NCBI RefSeq assembly: GCF_001447785.1
Contig: NW_015170281.1
Coordinates: 269,522 to 333,521 of the forward strand
Length of the DNA: 64,000 nucleotides
Source of the DNA: Gekko japonicus
Lineage: Eukaryota
Direction: 5' to 3'
Below the pieces are notes generated by a model. It saw only the letters and a list, made by a program, of their open reading frames with translations, had not been told where the DNA came from and ran no database searches. The position numbers were made by a program, and so were the translations under genes. Shown here piece by piece: positions 62,441-64,000 of the stretch (position 1 is the stretch's first letter; each line of letters starts with the position of its first letter).

Positions 62441-62589
62441 AGATGTGACAGATCCATTCACGTGTTATTTGCACTTTTCATAAATAAGCTACTGAACGGC
62501 ACTTACAGAGAATGTAGGAGATGTGACAGATCCATTCACGTGTTATTTGCACTTTTCATAAATAAGCTACTGAACGGCACTTACAGAGA
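62441..62589. repeat. Tandem duplication, 71 identical bp, period 78
   Basis: Direct. Confidence 0.9.
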
Positions 62590-62853
62590 TTGTCAGGAAA
62601 AAATTGCTATGTGAAATAAACTTGGAGAAAAAAGAGTTTGAATCAATTAAGTTTTTCTCATGCTAAATTCTTGTGCAAACCAGTAAGAGAAAGAAAACAA
62701 CTGGTGCCTATGATGTAAAAGCCAGTTTCTGTATGTGGGACAAGTTTTTAGAATCCTGTGTGTCCATGAAAACATGCTTTTAAATAATAAAACAAGTCCC
62801 CTATTTAAAACAGTGCTAAAATTACCATTTTATATTTTTATTGCATTACTGAG

Positions 62854-62972
62854 CTGAAGAATCTGTTGTACAAGGAAGTAGTGAAGAGGAAGAGGATGGC
62901 TCTTTAAAATTAGATGTTGCTGATGAAGCTCTGAACAGTTCTGTTCCTGAAAACAATAACCTGCATTTAATG
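62854..62972 (+). CDS. Candidate 119-nt internal coding exon ((A)EESVVQGSSEEEEDGSLKLDVADEALNSSVPENNNLHLM)
   Basis: T-rich tract then gag acceptor (an in-frame aag alternative lies 6 nt downstream), donor ATG|gtaaga, purine-rich open frame starting in phase 1. Confidence 0.55.
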
Positions 62973-64000
62973 GTAAGAAATCATCCACAAATTCCATTAT
63001 TTTTGTGGGTTTGACATGTTGTACTTATTAAATGTAGGAACAAAGCCACTTTGTAGATCATAATGTTCACATTACAAATTCACTGTTCATAATGGTGCAG
63101 CAAGGATGTAATACAGTTTTTTTCCTGAACTTATGAAATATATTTCTGGCACTTCAGGTATTGATATATGCACTCTTGATACTGTCCCAGTGCAGAAAGG
63201 GAGACTTAACTGATGTCTCCAGGATTTGATTTATTACTGGTAAATATGATTGGCTTCATAATCTGATTTTATTATGTTCGGAGTTCTCACAGGTAAACTT
63301 TTAGGAAGAAGGCCAATTTTATTAAACCAGCCTTATTTCTGTTAACCAAATACTTCCAAGACAAAAGTGAAGAAAAAGCAAGAGGAAGCATCTGATTTAC
63401 AAGCTGAATTAAAGACCCACTAGTTACCCCTTTCCTTTTCCTAATTTTTTCTTTTTCATAATTTTCATCATACAAGCAAGGGAGTCAAGATGTAATTCCC
63501 ACACCATATGTTAGACCTGGCTTGGCACATTCTTTCCTGGGGTGCTGGCTACTATGAGGGGGACTTTGGGCATCTATGTTATAGACTCAAATTGGTTTAA
63601 CAATAATTTCTTCTCCTAAGTGAACTGTGAGAGAGCTTGGGAAAGAATTATGAGCATCTTCACCAATTCCCAGAATTATTTGGGGAAAGTACAGACAATT
63701 AAACTGGTATAAAATCAATGAGTGGTTATTGTAGATATACTTTTATTGCCTGCATTTTCTGGTAGCCAGGTTGCCTTGCACTATGTGTATACCAAATGTG
63801 TATCACTGAACATTTCTAAGATGAAAACAGGGACACTTTGGTATACCTGCAATGCTATCCTTGGCCCCTTATGCACACATATCTTCCTGCAGATTTTCAG
63901 AGCAGTAAACCTTTAATCTTGACTTCATATTATGTACCCGCCTTGCACACCATTCTTTTTCCTCCAGTGTTTTTATTCTGCAGCTACAATATTTAAAAAA

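Overview
Vertebrate (squamate, most likely gecko) genomic DNA with no prokaryotic features. The window looks like the interior of one large, repeat-rich intron. Two short phase-compatible candidate coding exons lie near the ends (2331-2397 and 62854-62972, + strand); I could not identify the gene. Almost all ORFs in the supplied track are transposon-derived or spurious. Recognisable elements are RTE-BovB, RTE-X, CR1, L2 and L1-type LINE pieces, Squam3-, Squam2- and 5S-Sauria-like SINEs, hAT and PIF/Harbinger-type MITEs with intact TSDs, a deleted hAT transposase, Helitron ends, Penelope fragments, LTR-like sequences and a DIRS/Ngaro-like piece. Two N-gaps are present. The most interesting observations are: (1) an ENE-like (U-rich internal loop, potential poly(A) triple-helix) RNA structure at 41659-41718, between a GC-box/TATA-like motif and an AATAAA; (2) an ORF1-only half-L1-like element bounded by a perfect 22-bp TSD inside a multi-level TE nest; (3) a composite BovB / non-BovB / BovB unit enclosed by a single 10-bp direct repeat; (4) a tandem LTR-short spacer-LTR (TRIM-like) array. 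All family names come from motif recognition by eye, not database searches.
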